Positions 36,562 to 50,583 of a DNA stretch of 64,000 bases are shown here, in pieces. How positions within the stretch are numbered: position 1 is the first letter of the stretch; each line of letters starts with the position of its first letter. The notes beneath the pieces are model-generated. The model ran no database searches. It was not told the origin of the DNA and saw only the letters and a program-made list of their open reading frames with translations. This stretch comes from Strigamia acuminata (Eukaryota). The position numbers and the translations under genes are program-made. The DNA lies in contig OX442314.1 in the NCBI GenBank assembly GCA_949358305.1, positions 18,600,001 to 18,664,000 of the forward strand. Direction: 5' to 3'.

Positions 36562-39500
36562 ATGAGCTCCAACAAAGTGAAACAATTAATCGAGCAAACA
36601 TTTTCTGATCCATTTGTACCGGCTCATCAAAAAGGTATTTGTATTTAGAATTTTTATCCGAACTGTTTGGTCTAATTTAGCTATGAAAATTAGAAGCAAA
36701 ATTAAAAATCGATTAACTAATTTTCTCAAACAATATGTAGGGCCCGATTATGTTATACCGTCTGAAGAGCTTAGAACGTGGTTACCAGAAGGAGCCACAA
36801 AGATTGAATTCGTCGAAGATTCACTTGTGAAAAAACCGATTTCAATCGTCACGTTATTTCGCAACACTGTCGATGAATTTCCGGATAAGATTGCATTGAA
36901 AATTAAGAGAAATGAGAAATGGCAAGACTGGAATTACAGACAATACTGGGATCAAGTGAGAATCGCTGCTAAAGGGTTTATAAAGGTAAATAAACTCGCA
37001 TAATTCACATTGTTATCAACTTTTCTACATTAATCGAGAAAATTTTATACTCAGCTTGGACTTTTACCATTTCATGGAGTTGGCATCCTGGGATGCAATG
37101 CACCCGAGTGGTTTTTTTCCCATCTGGCTACCATATTCTCAGGGTAAATAGAAAAACAGACTCTAAACAATCCATCATGTATTGTACTCTTCATTTAAGG
37201 GGGTTTGCTGCTGGAATTTATACAACCAATTCACCTGAAGCATGTTATCATGTGCTCAATGACTGCGAAGCTAACATCGTTGTTGTAGAGAATGACTTAC
37301 AACTAGATAAAATACTCCGAGTTCGCGATAAATTACCAAACCTTAAAGCAATTGTTCAATATATTGGAACACCTAAGCACCCAGATGTTATTTCAGTAAG
37401 TTATATATCTTTATCACACAGTTTATATATGGTACATTTTTAATTTTTTCTTTTAGTGGGATGATTTATTGCAAATTGGTCTCTCTGTTTCCGATGATAT
37501 TTTAGACAAACGTATTAAAGGTTTAGCTGTAAATCAGTGTTGCACACTGATATACACTGTAAGTGATATAAAAATAGAAACTGTTCAAATATAATTTTTA
37601 AAAATGTATTTTTAGTCTGGAACCACTGGAGACCCTAAAGGAGTAATGATATCGCACGATAATGTAATTTAATGCTTCATGTGCAAGCCATATGTCCATT
37701 TGTGCAACCAGATAAACACTCTGAAAAATATCCTTGAAAGCATTTATTTTGTCTGTGGAGAGAACAGAACACATTCACTATTTAGTAAAAACTTCTGGGG
37801 CAGATTGATGCGTTCCAAATTCACCGACGGGGCTTTAAAAACCAAAATTGTGTGCTCAAGTTTGGCAATGGCATGCGCAGACATGAAATTTTTATCAATC
37901 TTTTTTTCACTCTCATTGTGTAACTAATAATTGCAGATGATATTTGAAGTGAGGTATTTTAGCCAGTTTGGATTGAGATATTCAAAGAGAGGCGAAGGCT
38001 CGTGTGTATCCTACCTACCACTAAGTCACATTGCAGCTCTAGTAATTTATATTTTCCAGCTTTATTTCCAATCCAAATGAACAATTTTAAAAGTTCCAAA
38101 TTGTCGCTTTCTCATCTAGGGTGCAGATGTGTTCACAGCAATGTACTTTGCGGCAACTGTTTTCTTCGCTCCGCCGGACGCACTCAAAGTACGACCATTA
38201 TTTTCATATAACGTGCATTTGAAAACAGAAAAAAAATACGGCAAGAGATTTGCTTTGAATGTGATTGCAAATGTTGTTTTATAATGTTTCTATTCTCAAA
38301 TGCACGCCTCCTGTAATTCAATATTGCTCAATTTTTATTGGTTCTTTAAGGGAAATCTTTTGGCAACACTCATTGAAGCAAAGCCAGTTGGATTTGTGGC
38401 TGTACCCAGAGTATTCGAAAAAATATACGAGAAAATAAGACACGAAGAACTAAATATGAATTTTATAAAACGACAAATATTTCTCTGGGCCAGGAATCAA
38501 GCTGGCAGATACCACGCATTAGGAAAATTGAAGTAAGTTATTATCTCTTTAGTCACATGCGTAAAAATACTAAAATTATATAATTATTCGCTCTATTTTA
38601 GGCCTGAGCACAAACCAGTTGCATTGGCACTGAGCAATAAATTAGTTTTTAATAAAATAAAACACATGCTCGGATTTCAGCGGGCAAAAACCATATTTTG
38701 TGGCGGTGCCCCACTTGCAAAGGAAATACATCAGTATTTCACCGAATTGGACATCACTATCATTGAAGGTTACGGCTTGAGTGAATCGTGTGGTACGAAA
38801 TACGAATTCAATTGCAAGTAGCGACAATTGGTACAATTTTTCAATCCTATATTGAAGGTATTCACATATTAAACGACTTCACTGACATCAGAATAGGCAC
38901 AGTTGGAAACGTGACAACTGCTCCAGAGTGCGAAATTAAACTTCACAACGTGGATGAAAGCGGAAGCGGAGAGGTAATAAATCCAATCTCCTGTTTTCTT
39001 AAAAATTACCGTTATCATCCTTTTGCACGTGTCCAGATCTTATTACGAGGAAGAAACGTGTGCATGGGCTATTTAAAGCTCCAAGATAAAACTGCTGAGA
39101 CCATTGATGATGAAAAGTGGTTACACACGGGAGACACAGGAACAATTGATAAGTTTGGATTCTTGCGTATCACAGGCAGAATTAAAGGTAAAGTTAATTT
39201 CATCCAGTTTTAAAAATCTATACAGTAATTTACATTTTTTTTAGAAATAATAATCACGTCTGGGGGTGAAAATATTCCACCATTAATAATTGAAGATGAA
39301 ATTAAAAGAAATCTGCCAGTTGTCAGTAATTGTGTGCTCATTGGCGATCGGAGAAAATATCTTACCATGCTGATAACTCTTAAGGTAAAAGAAAAATCCT
39401 TTTTTAAATTTTTTTTTTTTTTAAATTTTTTTTTTTTTTAAATATAAATTAAATTTTAGACTGAATTAAATTTGGACACACTTTTGCCAACTGATGTGTT

Positions 39501-39853
39501 GAGCCTTACTGCACTAAAATGGTGCAAAGAGGTTGGTAGTTCTGCCACTACAGTATCTAAGATTGTTACAGAAAATGACGCAAATATTATGTCAGCCATA
39601 CAAAGCGCTATTGATACATACAACAAGGAGAAATCAATATCTTCCGCACAAAAAATTCAAAAATGGATCATTCTGCCAATGGATTTCAGCATTCCTAATG
39701 GTGAATTAGGTATAGTATGCTAAAATTATCAAGTGTTTCTTTCATTGTACAGTGCATGTGGTTTCTCAATTTCTAGGTCCAACGGGGAAAATGAAGCGGC
39801 CATTCATAACAGAAAAATATTCAAAAGAAATTGATAAAATGTATTCAACTTAA
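36562..39853 (+). CDS. ACSBG: Long-chain-fatty-acid--CoA ligase, bubblegum/ACSBG-type
   Basis: Multi-exon. Spliced motifs: GIYTTNSPEAC, IYTSGTTGDPKGVMISHDN (AMP-binding), SYLPLSHIAA, VPRVFEK, EGYGLSES, RGRNVCMGY, WLHTGDTG, ITGRIKEIIITSGGENIPP, DFSIPNGELGPTGKMKR. Confidence 0.93.
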
Positions 39854-40619
39854 TTAGCAAAAATGTTTATATGTCGCAGAATGAATTAAATTTCGACTGT
39901 TCAATAACTGGGTCGAATCAAATCCATTCATCAGTAAAATTGTAATTCCCGTCACCTGAGTAAATAAAAAGTACACGTTACGTATACTGGGGTTCCATCA
40001 AGTCATCGACGACCTCTTGCCAGCGAACTTCCTAGCAACGCTCACTCCCGAAACTTGGCGGGAGAATCAAAAAATTCTTTGATTATATTCGAAAGTAAAT
40101 TCTATAGGTTAATCGTGACTTTATATTTCACAGCATTTGCCATCATTAATTCTGGAAGTTTGTAATAAATACTAATTCAATTAGCGTTAACAGATTAGTT
40201 TACGCTATAGGAGTTGTAGCGCGAGGTCAGATAGAGTACCAATATAACTAGAATTTGAGAGTGAGAGTGCTCTCGTCTAGCGCATGCGAGATTCTGGCGG
40301 TTGTCTCATTCATCTAAATGGGTCAGAATTTTCCATTCTTTGACAGAAAATCTAATCTGAGAGTTTCGTCTTCACTGCCCCCTAGCTGTGGATCAGTCCA
40401 CAGTGTTAATAAGGAAAAAGTGCGCCAGTGTTTGGCCTTCACTGAATGTAACGTGAACCACTTGCCACTTCCTTGTACCAATTGAGTTATTAATCAATCA
40501 CAAAATCTAAACAGCAAAGAAAAAAAATATTTCATTTCAGTAGAATGACACTAACTTCAATAAAATCGAGTTTTATATAAAAAAGAGAGTCTAATAACAG
40601 CTCTTTAAGTAACTTTTCC

Positions 40620-40910
40620 ATATTTTTTACAATATGAAAAGCATTAATGCCAATCATCCGGTGTAAGCCAAATGCGTTCCGCCGCCATAGCAAATTCGCT
40701 CATAGAAACCCATCTGGATATAGACAAAACGCCCAATGCTTGTTCAAGAGATGCAATCACAAGAATGACACTGTCTCCTTGTAACAACTCGTGAGCCGTT
40801 GAGGTCCCGAAGCTGCTGTTTTGTGGCTTGTTTCTGTGTAAATTATTCTAGGAGGTATCGGTTTATAGCGCAAAAAACCAAAAGTGAAACCAAATCAGGG
40901 TTTTCCCCAG
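40620..40910 (-). pseudogene. Degenerate duplicate of the 41.4-42.6 kb gene, with a frameshift
   Basis: Encodes VIASLEQALGVLSISRWVSMSEFAMAAERI, then an extra T (~40670) shifts the frame away from GLHRMIGINAFHIV. The intact copy reads LSISRWVTMSEFAMAAERIGLHRNIGIAVYHIV. Confidence 0.7.
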
Positions 40911-41392
40911 TCTCTCTCCATCCCCCAATGGTTTCAACTTTCTTCGAAACTACACGTAGCTAGCGCCACAAGACAACGAGTTGCAAAAGCTTTCAGAAGC
41001 AACGGGAACTGCTCGCTCGCATAGTAATGCAACTGACTGGCAATCAGGGGTTCAATTCCTCAGGACCACAGCTTATTTTTTTTCTTTCTCTGTCAAGTCT
41101 TATTGCTTTGCGAACATTACGAGAAAATCGATTCCAAAGTTTACCCACGAAAATGTCTTTTTTTTCAACAAACGTGATTTTCTCTTGAAAATGAATGATT
41201 TTTTTCTGAACATCATACCAAAAAATGTAAATATACGAACGTATATATAAAATTTCTACATAAATATATATATACGTATATACCCGGTATATAATTACAG
41301 ACACCGTATATCTACATATATTTCGATCAAATTCCTTTGCTTTCTATTCGCTTTTGAATTCAATATCAATCCTCTAACAAATAACAAATTGA

Positions 41393-42595
41393 TTAATTTT
41401 TAACGTAAAAATTGAAGTCATCAAAGAGTAAAGTCATTTTCATAAATTTTCTGCTAAATTTTTTAATTTGAATCGGGATGAAAAATGATCCAGGTTGGGT
41501 AATAGAGAATTTTTTTCGATGTGTTAAAAATGAAAAGTAGAGTATCCCTTGCGATGTAAAATCTGAGCATCCCTGACATTGGCAAAATAAAACTATAAAC
41601 TTACTACAGCAAATGAATATCAAACTTTTAAGATTTCAATTTAGTACATCAATTTTTAGACTTATACTGCCTTTAATAAGTAACAAACGATTCTTATTTT
41701 CCGTAATTCAAATAAGCAATGATAATTCTGTATAATTTTCACAAAATTACATCCACAATATGATAAACAGCAATGCCGATATTTCGGTGCAGACCAATAC
41801 GTTCCGCCGCCATAGCAAACTCGCTCATAGTAACCCATCTCGATATAGACAAAACGCTCAACGCATTATCGAGAGACTCAATCACGCCGATGACATTTTT
41901 TCCTGTTTGTCCTTCACCCATGATTGCTGGACCGTATTGCCTAGCCAATACTAATGCCTTCCTAATTGCCTTCGTGTGAACACCTGCCATCTAACAAAAA
42001 ACTGTTTACTAAATATGACACTTGTTTACAAAACTTAACACACTCACTCGTAAGCTGTTGAGGTCTAGCTATAGAATCTGGAAGAAAAGTCTCTTTTCAG
42101 TCAGACCAACAATGAATTTTCTGCGGTCAACCAGTAGAAAGAGAAACTAATTTTAACTTCGTAAAACAACACTTTGCAAAACCAAAAGTAAAACCAATGC
42201 TTGATGCAGGGTTTTCCCCTTAACAAGGACCTAGCGCCGTAGGGTGGCAGAATACAGAAACACTCCTTCAGTTCAGATTCTCTGATCCTCCATTCTCTGG
42301 GTCAACAACACTTAACCAGAGGTTGTTGCCCATAGGGAGGATAAATTTTATTTTACTTTTTCAGTTTTTCAATTTTTTTGAATTTTTCACCCTTTTTTGC
42401 TTTGTGAGTCCCAGTTACGACGACGCGAGCGCAAACGAAGCAGGAACTTGCCTCCTGCATTAACAATTCCGTTAGAAGCCCGAGTCGTCCGAGGAAAACA
42501 AAATGATCGGTGACGAAATGAACAGCCCTCATTAGTAAACCATGGTCTTCGTCTTTCCCTAGACCCAGGTGAGCAGACATGTCATTTAGCCACAT
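41393..42595 (-). CDS. Small unknown protein gene; exon structure uncertain
   Basis: The coding-like exon ~41990-41750 is supported by amino-acid-level conservation with the 40.7-kb duplicate. Candidate flanking exons are at 42595-~42390 and 41572-41393, but the joins are not fully resolved. Confidence 0.4.
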
Positions 42596-43275
42596 GGAAA
42601 ATTTTGATTTATTTATGAAAATCAGGCTACACATTAAAATTCACGACAGAATTAAGGTGTTATGGAATAAAATGTTCAGTGCAAAACAATTTATCGATGG
42701 GTATTTGGTAAGATAAAAATAATAATAAAAAAAAGATAATAAGATAATATAGATTGTACACCTCATTGCCTCGTCGGTCCGAGTCCAAGGCAAAGCCTCG
42801 GAAGTCGTAACAGCCAATCGACTACTAGAAAATGTTATTACTGCAGAAAGTTAAGAACAGCTTCTAAGCCAATCATTAAAATTCCGTTAAAACAAAAAGA
42901 CAGCAAAATCAATACAGTAATAACTTTAAAAGGAAAGAAAAAGATAAAAAAAAAAAATTCAGAAACTTGCAAAATTATAGCAGCATAATCACAAATTATA
43001 CATCAATTCAACATTCCGATAATAAAGGAGTGTTACTTTGACAACATAATCAGTAATTTCCAACTTACAAACGTGAAAACTTAGACGGCCAATATTTTTC
43101 GATCGTGACACAAATTCAGTATCGGTTGTTAATAATAATTTAACGTTTTACCAAGTTAACACCCCTCAATACACTCTTATCATTTTGACATTGAACGGAC
43201 TCGCTCCTTCCCCTCCCCATTGCGTGTATACATAACATTCTTTTTAAAACAAAACTCGTATTTCAATATAACATG

Positions 43276-45812
43276 CTAAGAAGAATATTTAGTCCAAAAG
43301 TATAAATTAAAAGCAATAAAAAAGAGAGGAAAAACGATTCTTGCTATTCTATCGATTCTTTTTGCATTTCCTCCAAAACAACATCCACTTTTGTCAACAT
43401 TTTCTCCGCTCTCGTCCTTTGATTTAATAAAAAAACAAACATACATTAAATGATGCCTGAAAGCTTACACGCACAACTTACTTTGGTTACAGGATGAACC
43501 AAATTGACCGGTTCAACATGAGATGTGGAACTTCGCAAAGCAATTGACACCAGTGAAAATTCAATCAACGAAGCAAAAACAACAAACAAGCAGAAAAACA
43601 TCCACTCGTCAAGTGCCATCGTCGTAGACACGGCCGGTAACTCACGCTGGGCCGTGCTGAAATGGGTGAACAACGTGAGCATGGATGTCAAACCAAGGGT
43701 CACTCGAGGTGCAGCACCAGTTGGATCCAACCAAAAAGATATCCAAGATAAAACTACAATTAATACACTCGGATAGAAAATGAGTAGCATAGGACGAGAA
43801 CTCAATCTTTCAACGCCTATGTCAAAGTAGCCACAGCTGCTGTGTGTATCTAATCAATAAATAATCAAACTAATTAATTTGCTTATTCTGTCTCATCTTC
43901 ATCTTACCATCGTCGAAAGAGCAATTGCTTACAGAGAGACTGTAAAGATCGATTCCAGGTGGCACATTAATTAAACTTATATTCGGTTGCCATATTGTGT
44001 AATTCATGGCTATTGGTTGAGTCTTGACTTTAAAAATTAAATAATATCGATATTTTAATTCTTTTGTTTTTCTTCCTGCAAACTTACACGCTTTAACTGC
44101 AACACTGCATACGTGTTTGTCAAACGGGTAATTTTTCATATTGAAATTGCAGACAAATGTTTCCACTCGTCTTGAATATACAAACAAAAAAAAATCTCAA
44201 TTAATCACTTCTGCTTAGCAACTGTGTAATTTGCAAAGCTAATTATGTTTTACTGCTAATTACCCACCTCACCCATGAATATAATTCAAATCTCCTGTGA
44301 TTATAAAACAATGTATCTTTTGACGGCTTGTATAATGTGCTGGAACTGCAATCTTTACAATTACCAAAACTTAGCGTTGGATACCATAATTTATTGGCTA
44401 TTTCCATTGGAAAAACTGTGTATGCAGCGGTGCTATTTTTTAAAGCTGTCATATTCAGTCTCTCATCCTTCCAACCAATGTAAAAAGCCATTTCTATTTT
44501 CATGTCCTGGAAAGTGTAAGTACTTTATAAATTAACAGATTTTTACTAGTAGGCGCATTCATAAAGTCATTTAGACTAACAGCATTCGAAACATTTAAAC
44601 TGCTTGTCAAAATATAACTTCAAAAATGGCGGCCGATTTAATCTGCTTTCATTCGCAGTGGGCATGCGCACGATATTTAAACCACATTTGTGAATGCATT
44701 TAGACATTTAGATATTTGGATTAAAATTTGTGCACAAAATTGCATGCATTTATAGACAAAAATAAACAAACATTTCATTCAAAATTCGTTAATTCTGTTA
44801 CCATTTCTTTAGGCGACAACCTTATTATGGTAATTGCAGTCATTCCACACACCACAGTAGTTAACCCTTTAACAATTCATAACAAAAAACACAAATTATT
44901 CTCCTTTTTTATTGTAGCAAGTAATCGTAAAAAGTTGCTCGAAAATTTAATTTCTGACTACAGTAGAGCATCGATTGTCCGAACTAATTGCAAGAGACAA
45001 GTGTTCAAAATCGATTAAAAAATCGATAAAAACGGATAAAAAATCAGATCACCACTGTTCAGATAACTGATCGTTCGTTTAACCGATAATTGATGTTCTA
45101 CTGTACCGATTAATAATTTTAATGCAAGAACACATTCATGCCTTGTATCATTTTTGACAGAAAATTTCGCCAAATGAGACATGCAACGGAACACATTCAA
45201 TTGCGCACACTAAAGCAATAATATAAAGGTTCTACTCTCATCTTTAGCCTGTTTCTTTATTTACAAGGTGTCACCCTTGAATTAAACTCACCTTGTTTAT
45301 CACTAATTGTCGATGGGGCGTGATGCTTGCTGTAAGAAGGCGGAAATAAACTGTCAAACAAGTCGCTCACAACTTGCTTCCTGTTTACAAATGGAAAAAA
45401 GAAAATGTAACCTTTTTGCACCTTGCGCTGACAATTTCTACTTGCATGCAGGTATAAATTATTAGCGCGAGGTAAAATTAAAATTTAAAAACACAAAAAT
45501 CAATGATTAGAAACGACCGTCCAGTTGAGCTTGCTTAACGGTATTTAAAATCAGGCTAAATAACGTTAATCAATCATCATTAAAATGGCATTTATATGCT
45601 TAAACTAAGATTGGAGAGTAAAAACAAAAAGGACAGTAAATTATTGACTTTGTGCTCTCTCATTTATATTTATGAGTTGCAGTGAATTTGTATTTTTACG
45701 AGAATAAAATAAACGACTTTACTGTTATTTAAATGAAAATGAGCTGATAGTTAACTTACTCAGATCCTGCAATACCACAAACAAAGAAAAGTACTAATAT
45801 GAAATCAGTCAT
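43276..45812 (-). CDS. Cys-loop ligand-gated ion channel subunit, anion-channel (GlyR/GluCl/pHCl-like) class, divergent
   Basis: Signal peptide MTDFILVLFFVCGIAGS; WKDERL; LWYPTLSF; Cys-loop CNFNMKNYPFDKHVC (C-x13-C); M1 YPSVLIVVLSWISFWL; M2 RVTLGLTSMLTL; M3 DEWMFFCLFVVFASLIEF; M4 IDRIARIVFPLFFIAFNLYFW; stop 43276-43278. Confidence 0.92.
44551..44700. mobile_element. PIF/Harbinger-like MITE in a channel-gene intron; same family as 26461-26627
   Basis: aggcgcattcataaagtcatttagact..tttaaactgcttgtc..aacttcaaaaat..gaatgc. Confidence 0.65.
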
Positions 45813-48285
45813 TGCTTCTTTGCACAAATTAAGATTGATAAATCCTCACTCTAACCGCTTCGGTTTGTAGTTGGCTTCAAAGCAAGCATAAATGCAAACA
45901 ACAAAATTAATCAATCGAGAAATAAAAAGATCTCGATCCGAGTCTTACATTAAATCAGAAAATTTTTGTAAAAATGTTGACATTTAATATACATCAGTGC
46001 ATTCAAATTGGTTAAGTTAACTCTTAAATTTTGCTTAAATGAAAAAAGAAATAAGTGGAATAACTGACTTGCTATTGAATGCTCTTCTCTGAAATATCAT
46101 AAATACTACTGGGCACGCTGTTCACGCAACTAAAATGTGAATGACTGGTCAAGCGAGCATGTACAAATCGCGTCATCTTTGTTAAAGATAAATACGTAAA
46201 AGAGACTAAGTGACTTAACCCATTGTTGAAAGTTAAGCACAATAAGTGAAAAAGAGTTAATCAACTTAAAACATTTAAGCAACTTTTTCTCATCCAATTT
46301 GAATAATAATAATTTTTCTGTTCGGAAAATAGTCGCAACAATTATGGATTAATAGAGCTCCATTTGCATACAGGTATAGTTGCTTATTTATATACCATAC
46401 AAGGCGGCAGGTTCAAACTACACCCAATTCTGTTTTTACACGGTAGATATGTTCCAGGAAAAAACTATGCAAAAATATTAACGGCTAAAATAAGACACTA
46501 CTCTTTCCACACTCAAAAGGCCCCCCTGGAAGCTTGGCTACCATTGGCCAAGCCATTTCACTTGTGTAGTGATACATAAAAAAGGACACCAAAAACACAA
46601 CTTTTTGAATAAGCTACTGCGTATATACTTTTTAAAAAATCCTTATAAAAACCGTGTTAAATCAAAATAAATCGTATAAAAACGGAATCGAATTCATTTT
46701 TCTAAACCGTGTTAAATCAAAATCGTGTAAAAAGTGTGTTAGATCTTAATAATCACTCATAATTGAACACTGCTTGCAAACCTTTAAGCTCTTTCAATCA
46801 AGTAAGATTCCTTAACGTGAACTCTATCCATGCATCTAATAGTGAATTTTTCCCCTTGTCTTTTGTGCCGTTGTGGTAAATTAAGCTGTTCTTATACAAA
46901 ACTTTCCACTTTCCCGTACTCAGCTAAAAACATCTCATGCAATGCATACGACACAAAAGTGAAAGAATTCATTTGGTAGATGCTGAATGCTGATTGAATA
47001 AAAAATGTACTGTCCATACGGTATTTACAATTCATAATTACATACCCGAGCAATATTGTCACAGGATAGTCACACTCGTTGGGATTAAGAGATGTGGTTC
47101 ACGTTTATGAGTGATAAATTTTTAAAGTTGTTTATTACTTGTTTGTCACGCAAACATGCGTGTGGATATGATTATTCAGCTTTACCGATACATAAAAACC
47201 CAAAAAAAGATATTATCACAAAGTAAATTTCATAATCCGTGTCGAATATAAATAATTTAAAAAAAAACATACAATTTTAAAGAAATTACTTTTCAAAATT
47301 CAAATAAAATAGCTATAGAAAGTAATTTTTTATAATGCAACACCTTTCAGAAACAGTTTCCTTTAAATTGTAAGAAACAAGGTTGATCAAGTTGGCAGGA
47401 CAACACACGGAAGAATTTACAAAAATCATTAATGTGCCAGGTAGCATATCTTGTATGCTCGATGTGCCAAGCAATCATTTTCAATGATCACTTTAGTCAT
47501 GATTTGCATTTTTCTGGATGTGACTTGTTCTGCCAACGTTGCGGACTATACTAAATACAATGTTAGGCAGAAACAACAACAACAAAAAACAAAACAAGGA
47601 ATAGAATTCATCCAGCTTACTTGAGCAGAAAAAAAATATTCTTTCTAGTTTATTTCACGCAAACTCGTAAAATATACAGTACACTGTTACATCGCAGTAT
47701 AAAGTTAAAATTAAATTTATTAAAAATTTACGAGTTAGATTAATTTCTACTTTGTAAGCAGAATTGATTCTTCCTTTAAGCTTCGCAGTTATTTCTGAAT
47801 GACACGTATTAAAAATCTGTATCAATGCGCATTCAACGAAAAACAGGATAGCAGTAAGACAAAAATTATTTTACATTTAAAATCACCATTAACCAATAAA
47901 TAATAGTTGGGAATAAATTAATTTTTAAGTTTACCTGCTATCTCGCAATGTCAAGGTGTGATGAAAAACTTTGATGCAATAATATCATACAACAAGTTTT
48001 GACCGCGAAGGTTTTCCTGACGCAAAGGGAATCTATACAGATATAAAAAGCAACAAATCAATCATATCTTGAACGATTAACTTTCTACGTGTTTCTCATC
48101 CTTTACTATTTCTACGTGACAAAAACCTTGTGGTGATCCCGAATCAGAGATCACCAAAAAGATAGAAAATAAATAATTAATCGTTCTAAAAATAGGTGTA
48201 ATTTTTATTAAGAATAAAGAATTTGGTTTCATCCTATATTAAACAGCAAATTACTTGTTTTATTCTACATACTATAACAAATTCC

Positions 48286-48742
48286 GGTCACCTCTCAGAT
48301 CATCTCCAAAATTTGGATGTAGGGGTAATCAAGAGTGGGAAATCGAATGGCGTTGACGGTTTGGGGCAAACGGAAACGGAAAACAGGAGATTAACGGCTG
48401 TAGGTTAAGCATGGAATCATGGCCGCTGGTTCCACAGTGCTAGCGGGTAGGGAGGTTGTGAAATGGCGGGGACGGGGAGTTTAGAGCCTTGCTGTCGCCA
48501 TCCGCTTCTCCCTTGATTAAAAAAAGTCAAAGCACGAGCACAACAATGCTGACAGCTAACAATGAAATTAAAAAATTGAAATAATGAGCAATATAATGGC
48601 AATCAAAAGTTGTATAACTGGTCGTTAATCTCCTGATTTCCGCTTCCAATGTTCGTTTGCCCCCAACACAGTCTATGCCATTCGATTCCCTGCCCTTGAC
48701 TACCCCTAAATCCAAATTTTGGAGGTGATCTGAGAGGTGGCC
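48286..48742. repeat. Imperfect long inverted repeat (arms ~110-120 bp, spacer ~225 bp)
   Basis: 48286-48396 (ggtcacctctcagatcatctccaaaatttggatgtagggg..) matches the reverse complement of 48623-48742 (..cccctaaatccaaattttggaggtgatctgagaggtggcc). Confidence 0.85.
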
Positions 48743-49364
48743 AGTAAAGTATAATTGTTCCCAAATTCCTAAAGAGTGACACACACTCAGTCTGTAGAAT
48801 GTTGACCCATATTCATATGACTGTCCAGTCTGATCATGTGACGAGTCTAGACAATAGAGACATCTGCATTCTATCATACATACTGCTTGAAACAGGAAGT
48901 AAAGACACTTTTTCACTACAACTCGACGACTACCGTAGCAGCATCGCAGCCTCAACTGATCAAGCCGACGTGAATACGTGACGTGATCGAGGATTGATAC
49001 CATTCGTTTAATTATTAAATTAAATCAATTGAACTATTAATGTAATTTAATTAAGTTAGAATAAAAGGTAAGTATCAAAGTTAAACCAAGCCACACCACG
49101 ACAACCTACTGCCACCTGCCTTCGAAATGGGATTTCAGTGGTTTTCAGTGGTTTTCTTGATGCAAACTCAAGGTTGGACTTCGGTTCTAAGAAATTCGAC
49201 TCACAGAATGCTTTTTTTCATGGCTTAATACACTAGACACATACGGGGGTTAGGAATATGCCAAGTTGACGGACGTGCCTCTTAACTTACCATACGTAGT
49301 ATACAACCTCTACAAATCCACATTTTGTTATTCCCAAAAAACGCAAACTCAACAATTAAGAATA

Positions 49365-49548
49365 CAGTCGAAACTCTTTATAACGAACCGCAAGGGACCC
49401 GAAAAATCGATTCGTTATAACGAGAATTCGTTATATCGAAATTTTTTAACATGGTGTTCTATGGCCAGCCAACCAAACCAGCCATTTTTAGGTATTCGTT
49501 ATATCGATAATTCGTTATATCGCGATTCGTTATAAAGAGTTTCGACTG
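49365..49548. mobile_element. Tc1/mariner (pogo/Tigger-type) MITE, 184 bp
   Basis: Perfect TIR CAGTCGAAACTCTTTATAACGA / TCGTTATAAAGAGTTTCGACTG with TA on both sides; internal ttcgttata repeats. Confidence 0.92.
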
Positions 49549-50583
49549 TATTTTAAACAAATTTTAAAAATTTAAAAATTTCAGCAGAAATAAAATATAC
49601 CGTTTTGCCATCACAGTTAAGCCTAAGTGGTTTCCGCGCCAATTTCACTTATTTCACTTACAGACAAAATAATGTAACAGCAATATACAGCACCAAAAAC
49701 AAATGCACTTCACTCGTTTAACACGAAGGTTTTCCTTACACTTTATACTTACATTCAAAAGAAACAATACCATAACCTTGTCGACAAGAGCCGGTAGAAG
49801 AAAACGAACAATTACGCATGCGCTCGTAGCACATACCGGTACTTGCACGGGCTTCCCCATACTGCATATCACGTGACCGAATGTTTCGTCAAAGTTTTTA
49901 ATTTAAAAAAATTAATAATTTTAATTACAGATTGTCCACCATCACATTCTGAGGGAAGTTACTAAAAACCGAGTACGATAGTTTCAACTTTGATCAAAAC
50001 GAGGGGGAGGTAGGTGCCAAAATATTCCGCTTTGCTGCTGGGCGCTGCATACTTTCCAGTACGCCGTTGATCACAACATGTTTCGTCCAAGATGCAAGTA
50101 TAAAAGTGTCCGGTAAGCAGTAAAAACTTCAATCATTGACAAAACTGCTTTGTTTTTATCATGTATTTAAGTACAAAACGATCTTACAAACCATTACAAA
50201 GTAATTTTGGTCTAATAAATTTTTGAAAAATCTAACCTGAATATTGAAATGTACACCATATAAAATGCTCGTGTACCATTAACAATTCACATTCAGATGG
50301 TACAGCTCACAAGTAAACTTAATTTAAAAATCATTATACTGAAAATTTCATTTTGGCAGTGTATAGTTATTATTTTGTTAGTGTTCTGTCCACTAATAAA
50401 ATTAGAAAAAATAATAAATAAAGATAAACCAGCTGGACAAAACAGTTAATGCCGTCCTCATGATGACAGTGAATAAAAAGAACCTCCTCTATAATGAAAT
50501 CTCAAGTGTGACTATTAAAATCATACACTTTTTATGAACTACCAACTTCGAAAGTTCAAAACATTAAGCACTTTAAGCTAATT

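Noticed and set aside
47450..48170. Possible spliced minus-strand exons (lncRNA or small gene)
   Set aside because: Splice-like signals are present but no consistent reading frame; it cannot be supported without RNA data.
48223..49003. Two opposite-strand ORFs sharing GHLSDHLQNLD
   Set aside because: The similarity is fully explained by the DNA inverted repeat; there is no supporting gene structure.
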